The notes under the pieces: model-generated
The model's database searches: none
Told to the model about the DNA's origin: nothing
The model's input: the letters and a program-made list of their open reading frames with translations, nothing else
Position numbers and translations under genes: made by a program
Shown: piece by piece, positions 12,373 through 24,557 of the stretch
Layout of the letters: each line of letters begins with the position of its first letter
How positions within the stretch are numbered: position 1 is the stretch's first letter
Assembly: GCA_965235115.1 (NCBI GenBank)
Contig: OZ249436.1
Location: 40,736,001 to 40,800,000 of the forward strand
Direction of reading: 5' to 3'
Source of the DNA: Laetmonice hystrix
Taxonomy: Eukaryota
DNA length: 64,000 nucleotides

Positions 12373-12820
12373 CCATGGGAAATGTCCCAGCCTTGCTGTG
12401 TTCTCCAGAACATGGCCTGGGTTTAGTGAGTCTACCTTACATCACGGGACGATGGGAAATGTCCCAGCCTTGCCGTGTTCTCCAGAACATGGCCTGGGTT
12501 TAGTGAGTCTACCTTACATCACGGGACCATGGGAAATGTCCCAGCCTTGCCGTGTTCTCCAGAACATGGCCTGGGTTTAGTGAGTCTACCTTACATCACG
12601 GGACCATGGGAAATGTCCCAGCCTTGTTGTGTTCTCCAGAACATGGCCTGGGTTTAGTGAGTCTACCTTACATCACGGGACCATGGGAAATGTCCCAGCC
12701 TTGCTCCAGAACATGGCCTGGGTTTAGTGAGTCTACCTTACATCACGGGACCATGGGAAATGTCCCAGCCTTGCTCCAGAACATGGCCTGGGTTTAGTGA
12801 GTCTACCTTACATCACGGGA
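12373..12820. repeat. 77/70-bp minisatellite (6, 7 and 6 units in the three copies)
   Basis: CCATGGGAAATGTCCCAGCCTTG...ACATCACGGGA; four 77-bp and two 70-bp units in copy 1. Confidence 0.95.
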
Positions 12821-12925
12821 CCCACAAAGCAAACGGAACGGGTTGAGGATCAACGTTGTGTTGTGGCCCGTGAGGTCGGCTAAATCACGAAAACACGAGC
12901 CGTGGCTCGAAAATTCTCCGCTTAA

Positions 12926-13472
12926 AGGGAAATGTGAGTGTTCGACGGAATTTGATTGACGACTAGAATTTTCCAAATATTTTTATGGGGGATAGCCTAT
13001 GTCACCGAATTAGATTTTTTTATACAGGCCTCCGTAAAAAATGGGTCTTTACTATAGGTTTCAATGGGAAAAACAGGATTTTTCAGACATTTTGACTAAT
13101 AGTTAAAAAATGACCGCCAAATTTTTCATGAAACTTGGTAAAGTAAGATAAAGTGGATCAGGACTAATAGTTTAAAACAAAAAAAATTGGGGGTCACCGA
13201 AATAAAAAAAAAGTTACAGCCTGCCAAACAGTCAGTGCCTTGGTAAAACACGGGTCTTAACTATAGCATTCAATGGAGTAGACAGGTTCTGGCACAGAGT
13301 TTGGTTCATGGTTTAAAAAATACTACTGATTTCCACATCAAACTAGTTGACTGCATAAATAAGCCAAACATTTTTCTGTTAAAGCTCACTACGTGGCGCT
13401 TTGAATACTCACATTTCCCCAGTGGTACCAACGCGACTCACTAGGTGGCGCTTTGAACACTCACATTTCCCT
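12926..13472. mobile_element. TTAA-target (Kolobok-like) non-autonomous element (also in copies 2 and 3)
   Basis: TTAA|AGGGAAATGTGAGTGTTC ... GAACACTCACATTTCCCT|TTAA, perfect 18-bp TIR. Confidence 0.9.
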
Positions 13473-13626
13473 TTAAGTAAAACTTGCTTTAGTGAATTTA
13501 CATGCTTCTGGTTGGCTATAGTTTATAAATAAATAAGAAAAATTGGCGTAAGTATGTCTCAAGTCTGCAGGAAAACAGTTTATTATAATTGGCATTGTTC
13601 TGTGTTTTTGCTCTGCTGTCAGACGA

Positions 13627-14620
13627 CATTGACACCAGACTTTGGCACCAGACCTTGGGGGACTTCTGTTGATTCTAATGGCTGTCCTCCCCCTCACCCA
13701 CACCCCACCAACACCCACACCCACATTGACACATGGACACCAGACTTTGGCACCAGACCTTGGGGGACTTCTGTTCATTCTAATGGCTGCCCCCTCACCC
13801 ACACCCCACCAACACCCACACCCTCATTGACACCAGACTTTGGCACCAGACCTTGGGGGACTTCTGTTCATTCTAATGGCTGCCCCCCCTCACCCACACC
13901 CCACCAACACCCACACCCACATTGACACCAGACTTTGGCACCAGACCTTGGGGGACTTCTGTTGATTCTAATGGCTGCCCTCCCCCTCACCCACACCCCA
14001 CCAACAACCACACCCACATTGACACCAGACTTTGGCACCAGACCTTGGGGGACTTCTGTTCATTCTAATGGCTGCCCTCCCCCTCACCCACACCCCACCA
14101 ACACCCACACCCACATTGACACATTGACACCAGACTTTGGACTTCTGTTCATTCTAATGGCTGTCCTCCCCCTCACCCACACCCCACCCCCACCCACACC
14201 CACCCAGACACATTGACACCAGACTTTGGCACCAGACCTTGGGGGACTTCTGTTCATTCTAATGGCTGCCCCCCCTCACCCACACCCCACCAACACCCAC
14301 ACCCACATTGACACATTGACACCAGACTTTGGCCCCAGACCTTGGGGGACTTCTGTTGATTCTAATGGCTGCCCTCCCCCTTACCCACACCCCACCAACA
14401 CCCACACCCACATTGACACATTGACACCAGACTTTGGCCCCAGACCTTGGGGGACTTCTGTTGATTCTAATGGCTGCCCTCCCCCTCACCCACACCCCAC
14501 CAACACCCACACCCATATTGACACATTGACACCAGACTTTGGCACCAGACCTTGGGGGACTTCTGTTGATTCTAATGGCTGCCCTCCCCCTCACCCACAC
14601 CCCACCAACACCCACACCCC
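13627..14620. repeat. ~90-105 bp C/A-rich minisatellite (10, 10 and 12 units)
   Basis: GACACCAGACTTTGGCACCAGACCTTGGGGGACTTCTGTTSATTCTAATGGCTG followed by a variable (CCCACA)n tract. Confidence 0.95.
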
Positions 14621-15044
14621 CGTTTGGAAACACTCTAGTCCGCCCCTGCAAATGATAATATATATTCCAATGCATTCGTCAACACTACGACTGAGACATG
14701 GGGGAGGGGGGGGGGGCGACGTGTTGAATTGTTAATGGATAAACCTATAATAGTGCACTGTTAACCCTGCCATGTTGTTTTAACTTAATCTTATTTAAAG
14801 GTACGGTGCTGCAGCAATGAAATTGAGCCAAATAAGCAATTTTAACTTGAGCTGATTCAGATTATGTTTGTTTATTTTGTTTTCTTCCATATACATGTGT
14901 AAACTAATTACATAAACTATCTACAGCTGCGAGTATGTATCGTCCCGTCAACGGATCTAATCCGGGTTCTTGGAAGTAACGCTTTCATCATACAACTTAC
15001 AAGGTATATACAACACGGGTCGAGTTAATGAAGATTTACACACA

Positions 15045-15560
15045 GAATACCCTTGGGTGGTTGAGAGACTTTGATAGACGCCATCACTGTGGCAGGGCTC
15101 TGTTAGTAGTATCAATGTCCTCCTTGATATGAATACCCTTGGGTGGTTGAGAGACTTTGATAGACGCCATCACTGTGGCAGGGCTCTGTTACTAGTATTA
15201 ATGTCCTCCTTGATATGAATACCATTGGGTGGTTGGAAGACTTTGATAGACGCCATTACTGTGGCAGGGCTCTGTTAGTAGTATTAATGTCCTCCTTGAT
15301 ATGAATACCACTGGGTGGTTGAGAGACTTTAATAGACGCCATTACTGTGGCAGGGCTTTGTTACTAGTATCAATGTCCTCCTTGATATGAATACCATTGG
15401 GTGGTTGGAAGACTTTGATAGACGCCATTACTGTGGCAGGGCTTTGTTACTAGTATCAATGTCCTCCTTGATATGAATACCATTGGGTGGTTGAGAGACT
15501 TTGACAGACGCCATCACTGTGGCAGGGCTCTGTTACTAGTATTAATGTCCTCCTTGATAT
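15045..15560. repeat. 86-bp minisatellite, 6 units in each copy
   Basis: GAATACCMTTGGGTGGTTG...GTCCTCCTTGATAT at 15045, 15131, 15217 ... Confidence 0.95.
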
Positions 15561-16893
15561 GAGGCTCAGATATTGTAAAACGTATGTGGTATACAGGAGG
15601 TCTAGCCGGCCTAACGAAGCGAGTATTCTCAATTCGCTGGTGGTGAAATACTGTTTGATTGAATTTACTATCTGAATGAAAGTTGCGTATAAATCTGCAA
15701 CATTTGATGCCAAGATGGTATCTTTCCATTTACTGCTAAACTAGTGTAAATGTCTGGTGGTGTTAAGTACTGCCTCCAGGCATGGTTTTCGGAAACTTAA
15801 CAGGAAAAGCTCTCGATAGAACGTGATACAAAAACCTAGAAACCCCACCTGTGATGACTATGCGTGTGATGAAGATATCTCTGTCACTATCAAACTTGAT
15901 ACAGCTGCTTATTAAACCAAAAATGCTTTTAAAGAGAACCGAAACCGCCACAAGCGATAGGGCCCATGGCTTCTATGGTATAGTGCCTTTTACCTGCCAC
16001 CATCTAATTCCCACAAAGTCTGTGTGCTAAAAGTAATCCCCGATAGAAACTGACAGTTGACCGTATGCCGACTGCCTCCATCTTTCTGCAGTCACTGCTG
16101 TGAGACCTTATAAAAATGGCGTCGCTATAGCCTACCCCATTCCCCATCACCTAGACAGAGCATCGTCCCAGTTACTTGTCAGTTCTAGGACGGACAGCCA
16201 CCCCTTATGAAAACCAGCGTTCTGTAAGCCAGTGCTTACAGAACGATAGGGACACCTTCATTAAGACTTTATGTACGACTGGAAACTATGTATGGGGGAG
16301 GTACAGGGAGGTACAAGGAGGTACAAGGACCCGCCGATTTTGAATGGAAGCAATCCCATGCCCAGCTGGCGACCAAACAAATGAAGCCAATGGGTTTGGA
16401 ACCCCAGGTTACCCATCACCGTGTTGGTAAACCATCTTCACCGACACTATGTACAATAATGGGTACTGGTGAACTCGGCCCATGGTGACTTTAGACCATG
16501 ATGATCTCGGTCCATGTCTAGGTGATGTCAGACTGATGTGGTGAAGTCGGCCCGAGCCTGGCATTGGTCGCCGGGCAGAGCCACGGGCTCGGGCTCGGCT
16601 TTCCGTCAGCTGCGGCAGGATGCAAGCCGGGAGCGGGTACCGTTAGGGACAACGGTAGCAGACGGTAAACCGCAGAGAAATATGGACACTGAATAAATTG
16701 TGAGGATGTTTAATATTTAACGACCGTAAGAAAATGGTCGGAGCAGAGTCTTTAACTCTTTTTGGGCATGTTTCCCAAGTTTCTCAGCCATTTCCCCAAC
16801 AAATCCCAGTCTGGGAAAGACGTGAAACGACAGTCAGTCTCCCTACCTCACGTCTTTGCGTCTGGAGTTGCTGCAGTTCACAGCAGCACACCA

Positions 16894-17268
16894 GGCCCCG
16901 TTTCATAACTAATAACGCAGCTGCATTTTTAACGCAGATGCGCAAATAGCCTCATTTGAGGTTAATGTGTTGCATAACTAATAACGCAACGCACTATGCG
17001 TTCATAGCGCGCGTTGTCTGGCTCTAAAATCGTTTAATTAACGCGCACCTATAAAGGTCTGCGCTAACTTCCCATTATGAAATATAAAGCTGGCAATTCT
17101 ACGAAAAAACGTAACGTGGATACTTAAATTGAAAAGTAGGGGAGACCGGGGACAATTATGCAAATGCTTATGAAACAGTTTAACGCAACTATCGCTATCT
17201 TCATCGTTCGCTAATAACGCACTTGTGCGTTATTAGTGTGCGTTCGCTGTTAGTTATGAAACGGGGCC
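16894..17268. mobile_element. PIF/Harbinger-like MITE (copy 3 at 31550-31924)
   Basis: TIR GGCCCCGTTTCATAACTAA / TTAGTTATGAAACGGGGCC with a CA(G) duplication. Confidence 0.85.
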
Positions 17269-17288
17269 CAGGGGCGGATCATGTAAAT

Positions 17289-20200
17289 AGGCTTTGACGA
17301 GGTAAGCATGAAACCCGGCCGAACTGGCTTCCCGTAACGCTCAACCAGGTTGACATAGTTGCTTTAAGTACAAGTCTGTAAAGTGCGAAATATAACCCTA
17401 TGGAATACCGGCGACGACATGCGAGATGCGAGACAGTGTGTTTGGGTTAGGGTAAAGGTTAGGCCTAGGGTTAGTGTCAATTTTCACTTTAGCCATAAAA
17501 TTATTGTTAAATAGGCACTAATTGAGCAGTGGATCTTGATGTCGGTGTCAATAAGAAACATTCTATGTGCTAAATTGACACTGTTCGGTCCCATGTCGCT
17601 TCTCGCATCTCGCATGTCGTCGCCGGTATTCCATAATAACCCCGCTGTTTGTCCTTATATACAGACAACATTACAAAAATTCCGTGAGTCAACCCCCCCC
17701 CCCCCCGCGTTGAAGTTGTACTCCTCAAAAAAGGAAAACGAAACAGACACTTCCATAACGTCCAAACCGCAGCTATTGTAAGCGTGTTATCAATGTATCA
17801 GTCAAATTGTGTACTGCGGGACAATGAGTAATTGTTCGACCGACACAATGTGCCAGACCATTCCATCTCATTCTGACAGTCATTTTGCTGACGACGACCA
17901 TTGATTTTTCTACAATACACTCATATCTCCAATATCTTATAGATTTAAAGATAAATAATGTTCCATTGCTCACTCGATCTATCCTTACTGATGTCCATGC
18001 AGCAAGGCACAGCCCTCAGTGACATTGTCATAGTTTGTCACTCATATTATAAATTGTTGTTTTTCATGATAATATAACTTTACTAAATGTCTACCAGTTG
18101 GCTGGCAGCTAAAAACCTGGCCGTATATCAGGTGACTATTAATTGGGGTCAGAATCCTAGACCTGTGTATAGAGACTAATGGAGCCGTTCCATTACAGGC
18201 ACATCTGGAATTACCTTAATGGACATGTTCTGTTCTATAATACGAGTGTCGAAATCAGGGCAAGGTGCGGACGTGCCAGGGCCGTATCATCCACCTATTT
18301 CTACTTCGAACTATATCCTATATATAGTCCATCCTAAGGACAGGTATTTTTCAAATTAATTCTAAAGCCTACGGGTAATGGTCGAATTGGACATAGTATG
18401 TATGTAAGTACATGTAAAAGTAGGCTAAATGTATAATCTAAAAGGGTGTAAGTCATAATACCTCACAGGGGTGTCGGAAGCTATTCATAGTCGGGGGCCA
18501 AGCTTGAAGAAGGAGCCAGCCATCTCTGGCCAGCCTATGCCTTGACACAATGACAGGAGCCAACCACCTCTGGTCAGGCTATGCCTTGACATAATGACAG
18601 GAGCCAACCACCTCTGGTCAGCCTATGCCTTGACACAATGACAGGAGCCAACCACCTTTGGTCAGCCTATGCCTTGACATAATGACAGGAGCCAACCACC
18701 TCTGGTCAGCGTATGCCTTGACACATTGACAGGAGCCAACCACCTCTGGTCAGGCTATGCCTTGACACAATGACAGGAGCCAACCACCTCTGGTCAGGCT
18801 ATGCCTTGACATAATGACAGGGGTGTTTTAAAAGGCGGTGGTGGTTACTACGCAACGGGAAATTTTAGAAAGTAAGGGGGCAATTTGAGGCAATTTTAGC
18901 TTGGAATTTTGAATTTTGATCTTTGGAAATGGGGGGGGGGGGGGCAAATGATACTCTGGTCCCCTCCGGTAATATTGGGAGGGGGATGAACCCCTGCCCC
19001 CCGTTCCGACACCCCTGCCTCATGCGGTTACTGGGGCAAATACTGGCTTTCAAATATCCTCGCCTATGGGGTGCAATAGAATGCAGGCAATCCCATCCCT
19101 GGAGGAAGATACCAAACTTTTGAACAATCAAAAATATTTTTAATTTAGATCTTTGTTGTCCGTTCCGTAAACAAGAAGACATAAATCAGGATGCACACTT
19201 GTCTTTGACATCCATCTTAAAGTTTGGTGAAGGATTTGGTCAAGATCATATTACACAGGCAACTTTATTTATTCAAGAGATATTCCGAAGATAAAACATT
19301 CCGCCATCAAACCGAATAACTGATGAGGCCTGTATTTGTCTGAGGGCCCATGACCGCCTTTAATTAAAAATAGCGTGATGGCATGTCCATTTCGTTGTTT
19401 TTCTTGTGGAAAAAATTACCATGAATCAACAGAAGCTTCATCAGTAACTCTCCTTCCCTGTGTCACCCACACCTCTTTCAGCCTGGATACAATGAAGCTG
19501 CGTTTAAACTTAGTCACGCCATGGCTGCATATAACCATGGGAAATGTCCCAGCCTTGCTGTGTTCTCCAGAACATGGCCTGGGTTTAGTGAGTCTACCTT
19601 ACATCACGGGACGATGGGAAATGTCCCAGCCTTGCCGTGTTCTCCAGAACATGGCCTGGGTTTAGTGAGTCTACCTTACATCACGGGACCATGGGAAATG
19701 TCCCAGCCTTGCCGTGTTCTCCAGAACATGGCCTGGGTTTAGTGAGTCTACCTTACATCACGGGACCATGGGAAATGTCCCAGCCTTGCCGTGTTCTCCA
19801 GAACATGGCCTGGGTTTAGTGAGTCTACCTTACATCACGGGACCATGGGAAATGTCCCAGCCTTGTTGTGTTCTCCAGAACATGGCCTGGGTTTAGTGAG
19901 TCTACCTTACATCACGGGACCATGGGAAATGTCCCAGCCTTGCTCCAGAACATGGCCTGGGTTTAGTGAGTCTACCTTACATCACGGGACCATGGGAAAT
20001 GTCCCAGCCTTGCTCCAGAACATGGCCTGGGTTTAGTGAGTCTACCTTACATCACGGGACCCAAAGCAAACGGAACGGGTTGAGGATCAACGTTGTGTTG
20101 TGGCCCGTGAGGTCGGCTAAATCACGAAAACACGAGCCGTGGCTCGAAAATTCTCCGCTTAAAGGGAAATGTGAGTGTTCGACGGAATTTGATTGACGAC

Positions 20201-23200
20201 TAGAATTTTCCAAATATTTTTATGGGGGATAGCCTTTGTCCTTAGGAGTACAAAGAAAAAAAAATCATATGTCACCGAATTAGATTTTTTTATACAGGCC
20301 TCCGTAAAAAATGGGTCTTTACTATAGGTTTCAATGGGAAAAACAGGATTTTTCAGACATTTTGACTAATAGTTAAAAAATGACCGCCAAATTTTTCATG
20401 AAACTTGGTAAAGTAAGATAAAGTGGATCAGGACTAATAGTTTAAAACAAAAAAAATTGGGGGTCACCGAAATAAAAAAAAAGTTACAGCCTGCCAAACA
20501 GTCAGTGCCTTGGTAAAACACGGGTCTTGACTATAGCATTCAATGGAGTAGACAGGTTCTGGCACAGAGTTTGGTTCATGGTTTAAAAAATACTACTGAT
20601 TTCCACATCAAACTAGTTGACTGCATAAATAAGCCAAACATTTTTCTGTTAAAGCTCACTACGTGGCGCTTTGAATACTCACATTTCCCCAGTGGTACCA
20701 ACGCGACTCACTAGGTGGCGCTTTGAACACTCACATTTCCCTTTAAGTAAAACTTGCTTTAGTGAATTTACATGCTTCTGGTTGGCTATAGTTTATAAAT
20801 AAATAAGAAAAATTGGCGTAAGTATGTCTCAAGTCTGCAGGAAAACAGTTTATTATAATTGGCATTGTTCTGTGTTTTTGCTCTGCTGTCAGACGACATT
20901 GACACCAGACTTTGGCACCAGACCTTGGGGGACTTCTGTTGATTCTAATGGCTGTCCTCCCCCTCACCCACACCCCACCAACACCCACACCCACATTGAC
21001 ACATGGACACCAGACTTTGGCACCAGACCTTGGGGGACTTCTGTTCATTCTAATGGCTGCCCCCTCACCCACACCCCACCAACACCCACACCCTCATTGA
21101 CACCAGACTTTGGCACCAGACCTTGGGGGACTTCTGTTCATTCTAATGGCTGCCCCCCCTCACCCACACCCCACCAACACCCACACCCACATTGACACCA
21201 GACTTTGGCACCAGACCTTGGGGGACTTCTGTTGATTCTAATGGCTGCCCTCCCCCTCACCCACACCCCACCAACAACCACACCCACATTGACACCAGAC
21301 TTTGGCACCAGACCTTGGGGGACTTCTGTTCATTCTAATGGCTGCCCTCCCCCTCACCCACACCCCACCAACACCCACACCCACATTGACACATTGACAC
21401 CAGACTTTGGACTTCTGTTCATTCTAATGGCTGTCCTCCCCCTCACCCACACCCCACCCCCACCCACACCCACCCAGACACATTGACACCAGACTTTGGC
21501 ACCAGACCTTGGGGGACTTCTGTTCATTCTAATGGCTGCCCCCCCTCACCCACACCCCACCAACACCCACACCCACATTGACACATTGACACCAGACTTT
21601 GGCCCCAGACCTTGGGGGACTTCTGTTGATTCTAATGGCTGCCCTCCCCCTTACCCACACCCCACCAACACCCACACCCACATTGACACATTGACACCAG
21701 ACTTTGGCCCCAGACCTTGGGGGACTTCTGTTGATTCTAATGGCTGCCCTCCCCCTCACCCACACCCCACCAACACCCACACCCATATTGACACATTGAC
21801 ACCAGACTTTGGCACCAGACCTTGGGGGACTTCTGTTGATTCTAATGGCTGCCCTCCCCCTCACCCACACCCCACCAACACCCACACCCCCGTTTGGAAA
21901 CACTCTAGTCCGCCCCTGCAAATGATAATATATATTCCAATGCATTCGTCAACACTACGACTGAGACATGGGGGAGGGGGGGGGGCGACGTGTTGAATTG
22001 TTAATGGATAAACCTATAATAGTGCACTGTTAACCCTGCCATGTTGTTTTAACTTAATCTTATTTAAAGGTACGGTGCTGCAGCAATGAAATTGAGCCAA
22101 ATAAGCAATTTTAACTTGAGCTGATTCAGATTATGTTTGTTTATTTTGTTTTCTTCCATATACATGTGTAAACTAATTACATAAACTATCTACAGCTGCG
22201 AGTATGTATCGTCCCGTCAACGGATCTAATCCGGGTTCTTGGAAGTAACGCTTTCATCATACAACTTACAAGGTATATACAACACGGGTCGAGTTAATGA
22301 AGATTTACACACAGAATACCCTTGGGTGGTTGAGAGACTTTGATAGACGCCATCACTGTGGCAGGGCTCTGTTAGTAGTATCAATGTCCTCCTTGATATG
22401 AATACCCTTGGGTGGTTGAGAGACTTTGATAGACGCCATCACTGTGGCAGGGCTCTGTTACTAGTATTAATGTCCTCCTTGATATGAATACCATTGGGTG
22501 GTTGGAAGACTTTGATAGACGCCATTACTGTGGCAGGGCTCTGTTAGTAGTATTAATGTCCTCCTTGATATGAATACCACTGGGTGGTTGAGAGACTTTA
22601 ATAGACGCCATTACTGTGGCAGGGCTTTGTTACTAGTATCAATGTCCTCCTTGATATGAATACCATTGGGTGGTTGGAAGACTTTGATAGACGCCATTAC
22701 TGTGGCAGGGCTTTGTTACTAGTATCAATGTCCTCCTTGATATGAATACCATTGGGTGGTTGAGAGACTTTGACAGACGCCATCACTGTGGCAGGGCTCT
22801 GTTACTAGTATTAATGTCCTCCTTGATATGAGGCTCAGATATTGTAAAACGTATGTGGTATACAGGAGGTCTAGCCGGCCTAACGAAGCGAGTATTCTCA
22901 ATTCGCTGGTGGTGAAATACTGTTTGATTGAATTTACTATCTGAATGAAAGTTGCGTATAAATCTGCAACATTTGATGCCAAGATGGTATCTTTCCATTT
23001 ACTGCTAAACTAGTGTAAATGTCTGGTGGTGTTAAGTACTGCCTCCAGGCATGGTTTTCGGAAACTTAACAGGAAAAGCTCTCGATAGAACGTGATACAA
23101 AAACCTAGAAACCCCACCTGTGATGACTATGCGTGTGATGAAGATATCTCTGTCACTATCAAACTTGATACAGCTGCTTATTAAACCAAAAATGCTTTTA

Positions 23201-24557
23201 AAGAGAACCGAAACCGCCACAAGCGATAGGGCCCATGGCTTCTATGGTATAGTGCCTTTTACCTGCCACCATCTAATTCCCACAAAGTCTGTGTGCTAAA
23301 AGTAATCCCCGATAGAAACTGACAGTTGACCGTATGCCGACTGCCTCCATCTTTCTGCAGTCACTGCTGTGAGACCTTATAAAAATGGCGTCGCTATAGC
23401 CTACCCCATTCCCCATCACCTAGACAGAGCATCGTCCCAGTTACTTGTCAGTTCTAGGACGGACAGCCACCCCTTATGAAAACCAGCGTTCTGTAAGCCA
23501 GTGCTTACAGAACGATAGGGACACCTTCATTAAGACTTTATGTACGACTGGAAACTATGTATGGGGGAGGTACAGGGAGGTACAAGGAGGTACAAGGACC
23601 CGCCGATTTTGAATGGAAGCAATCCCATGCCCAGCTGGCGACCAAACAAATGAAGCCAATGGGTTTGGAACCCCAGGTTACCCATCACCGTGTTGGTAAA
23701 CCATCTTCACCGACACTATGTACAATAATGGGTACTGGTGAACTCGGCCCATGGTGACTTTAGACCATGATGATCTCGGTCCATGTCTAGGTGATGTCAG
23801 ACTGATGTGGTGAAGTCGGCCCGAGCCTGGCATTGGTCGCCGGGCAGAGCCACGGGCTCGGGCTCGGCTTTCCGTCAGCTGCGGCAGGATGCAAGCCGGG
23901 AGCGGGTACCGTTAGGGACAACGGTAGCAGACGGTAAACCGCAGAGAAATATGGACACTGAATAAATTGTGAGGATGTTTAATATTTAACGACCGTAAGA
24001 AAATGGTCGGAGCAGAGTCTTTAACTCTTTTTGGGCATGTTTCCCAAGTTTCTCAGCCATTTCCCCAACAAATCCCAGTCTGGGAAAGACGTGAAACGAC
24101 AGTCAGTCTCCCTACCTCACGTCTTTGCGTCTGGAGTTGCTGCAGTTCACAGCAGCACACCAGGCCCCGTTTCATAACTAATAACGCAGCTGCATTTTTA
24201 ACGCAGATGCGCAAATAGCCTCATTTGAGGTTAATGTGTTGCATAACTAATAACGCAACGCACTATGCGTTCATAGCGCGCGTTGTCTGGCTCTAAAATC
24301 GTTTAATTAACGCGCACCTATAAAGGTCTGCGCTAACTTCCCATTATGAAATATAAAGCTGGCAATTCTACGAAAAAACGTAACGTGGATACTTAAATTG
24401 AAAAGTAGGGGAGACCGGGGACAATTATGCAAATGCTTATGAAACAGTTTAACGCAACTATCGCTATCTTCATCGTTCGCTAATAACGCACTTGTGCGTT
24501 ATTAGTGTGCGTTCGCTGTTAGTTATGAAACGGGGCCCAGGGGCGGATCATGTAAAT
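17289..24557 (+). repeat. Tandem segmental triplication, copy 2 (7269 bp)
   Basis: Identical junction CATGTAAAT|AGGCTTTGAC at both ends. Confidence 0.97.

Larger units (their letters stand above)
3000..12820 (-). pseudogene. Decayed multidomain Ig-like + trypsin-like (S1A) serine protease gene, minus-strand block
   Basis: Manual translation across stops and frameshifts gives motifs in canonical order. Trypsin 12820-11880: VLENTARLGHFPW, VGDT, LLIHGNF, NGHAITLFLIK, TGLIS-FGL, SEYL..IKLPV, DGCQ-DS, FGIFLQGWDC. Ig 10920-10745: C..W..NGTLFI..YECIV. Trypsin 10740-9300: SVEQLLIVPQY, FGRYG, VCAGN, SSLGPL. Trypsin 9200-8950: FHES..D(I)ALFQI. Ig 8260-8080: DGT..SN..SVVTQVIVRP. Trypsin 7830-7395: SDTLQE..PID..C. 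Ig 7285-7100. Ig/trypsin 6570-5870: RVGDT, GPRIRTI. Ig 3260-3030: DQGF..NPLGAATS..AELHV. Confidence 0.6.
13600..15975 (+). pseudogene. Decayed Ig-like + trypsin-like block, plus strand (copies at ~20870-23244 and ~28064-30631)
   Basis: FCSA..DLGGLL (trypsin C-terminal-like, 13605-13670). IYSCEYVSS..SGFLEV (Ig end, ~14918-14980). Then GRV-NEDLHTEYPWVV, RHHCGRAL, SSINVL, YKSATFDA..L, VKYCL, DDYAC and a frameshifted D-S-G-P-M at ~15956-15969, in trypsin order. Confidence 0.5.
10171..17288 (+). repeat. Tandem segmental triplication, copy 1 (7118 bp)
   Basis: Starts AGGCTTTGACGAGG and ends GGATCATGTAAAT; the ORF track recurs nearly identically at offsets of ~7.1-7.3 kb. Confidence 0.97.

Noticed and set aside
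13554..14735. Pro/His/Thr-rich ORFs (repeated in copies 2 and 3)
   Set aside because: The frame shifts between repeat units of variable length; these are translations of a minisatellite.
16288..16488. Possible LINE C-terminal zinc-finger relic (HRVGKPSSPTLCT)
   Set aside because: Single weak motif with no adjoining reverse transcriptase signal.
10171..17288. The 7 kb unit as an LTR, Polinton or Helitron element
   Set aside because: No terminal repeats, TSDs or intact ORFs; its ends cut through pre-existing MITEs.
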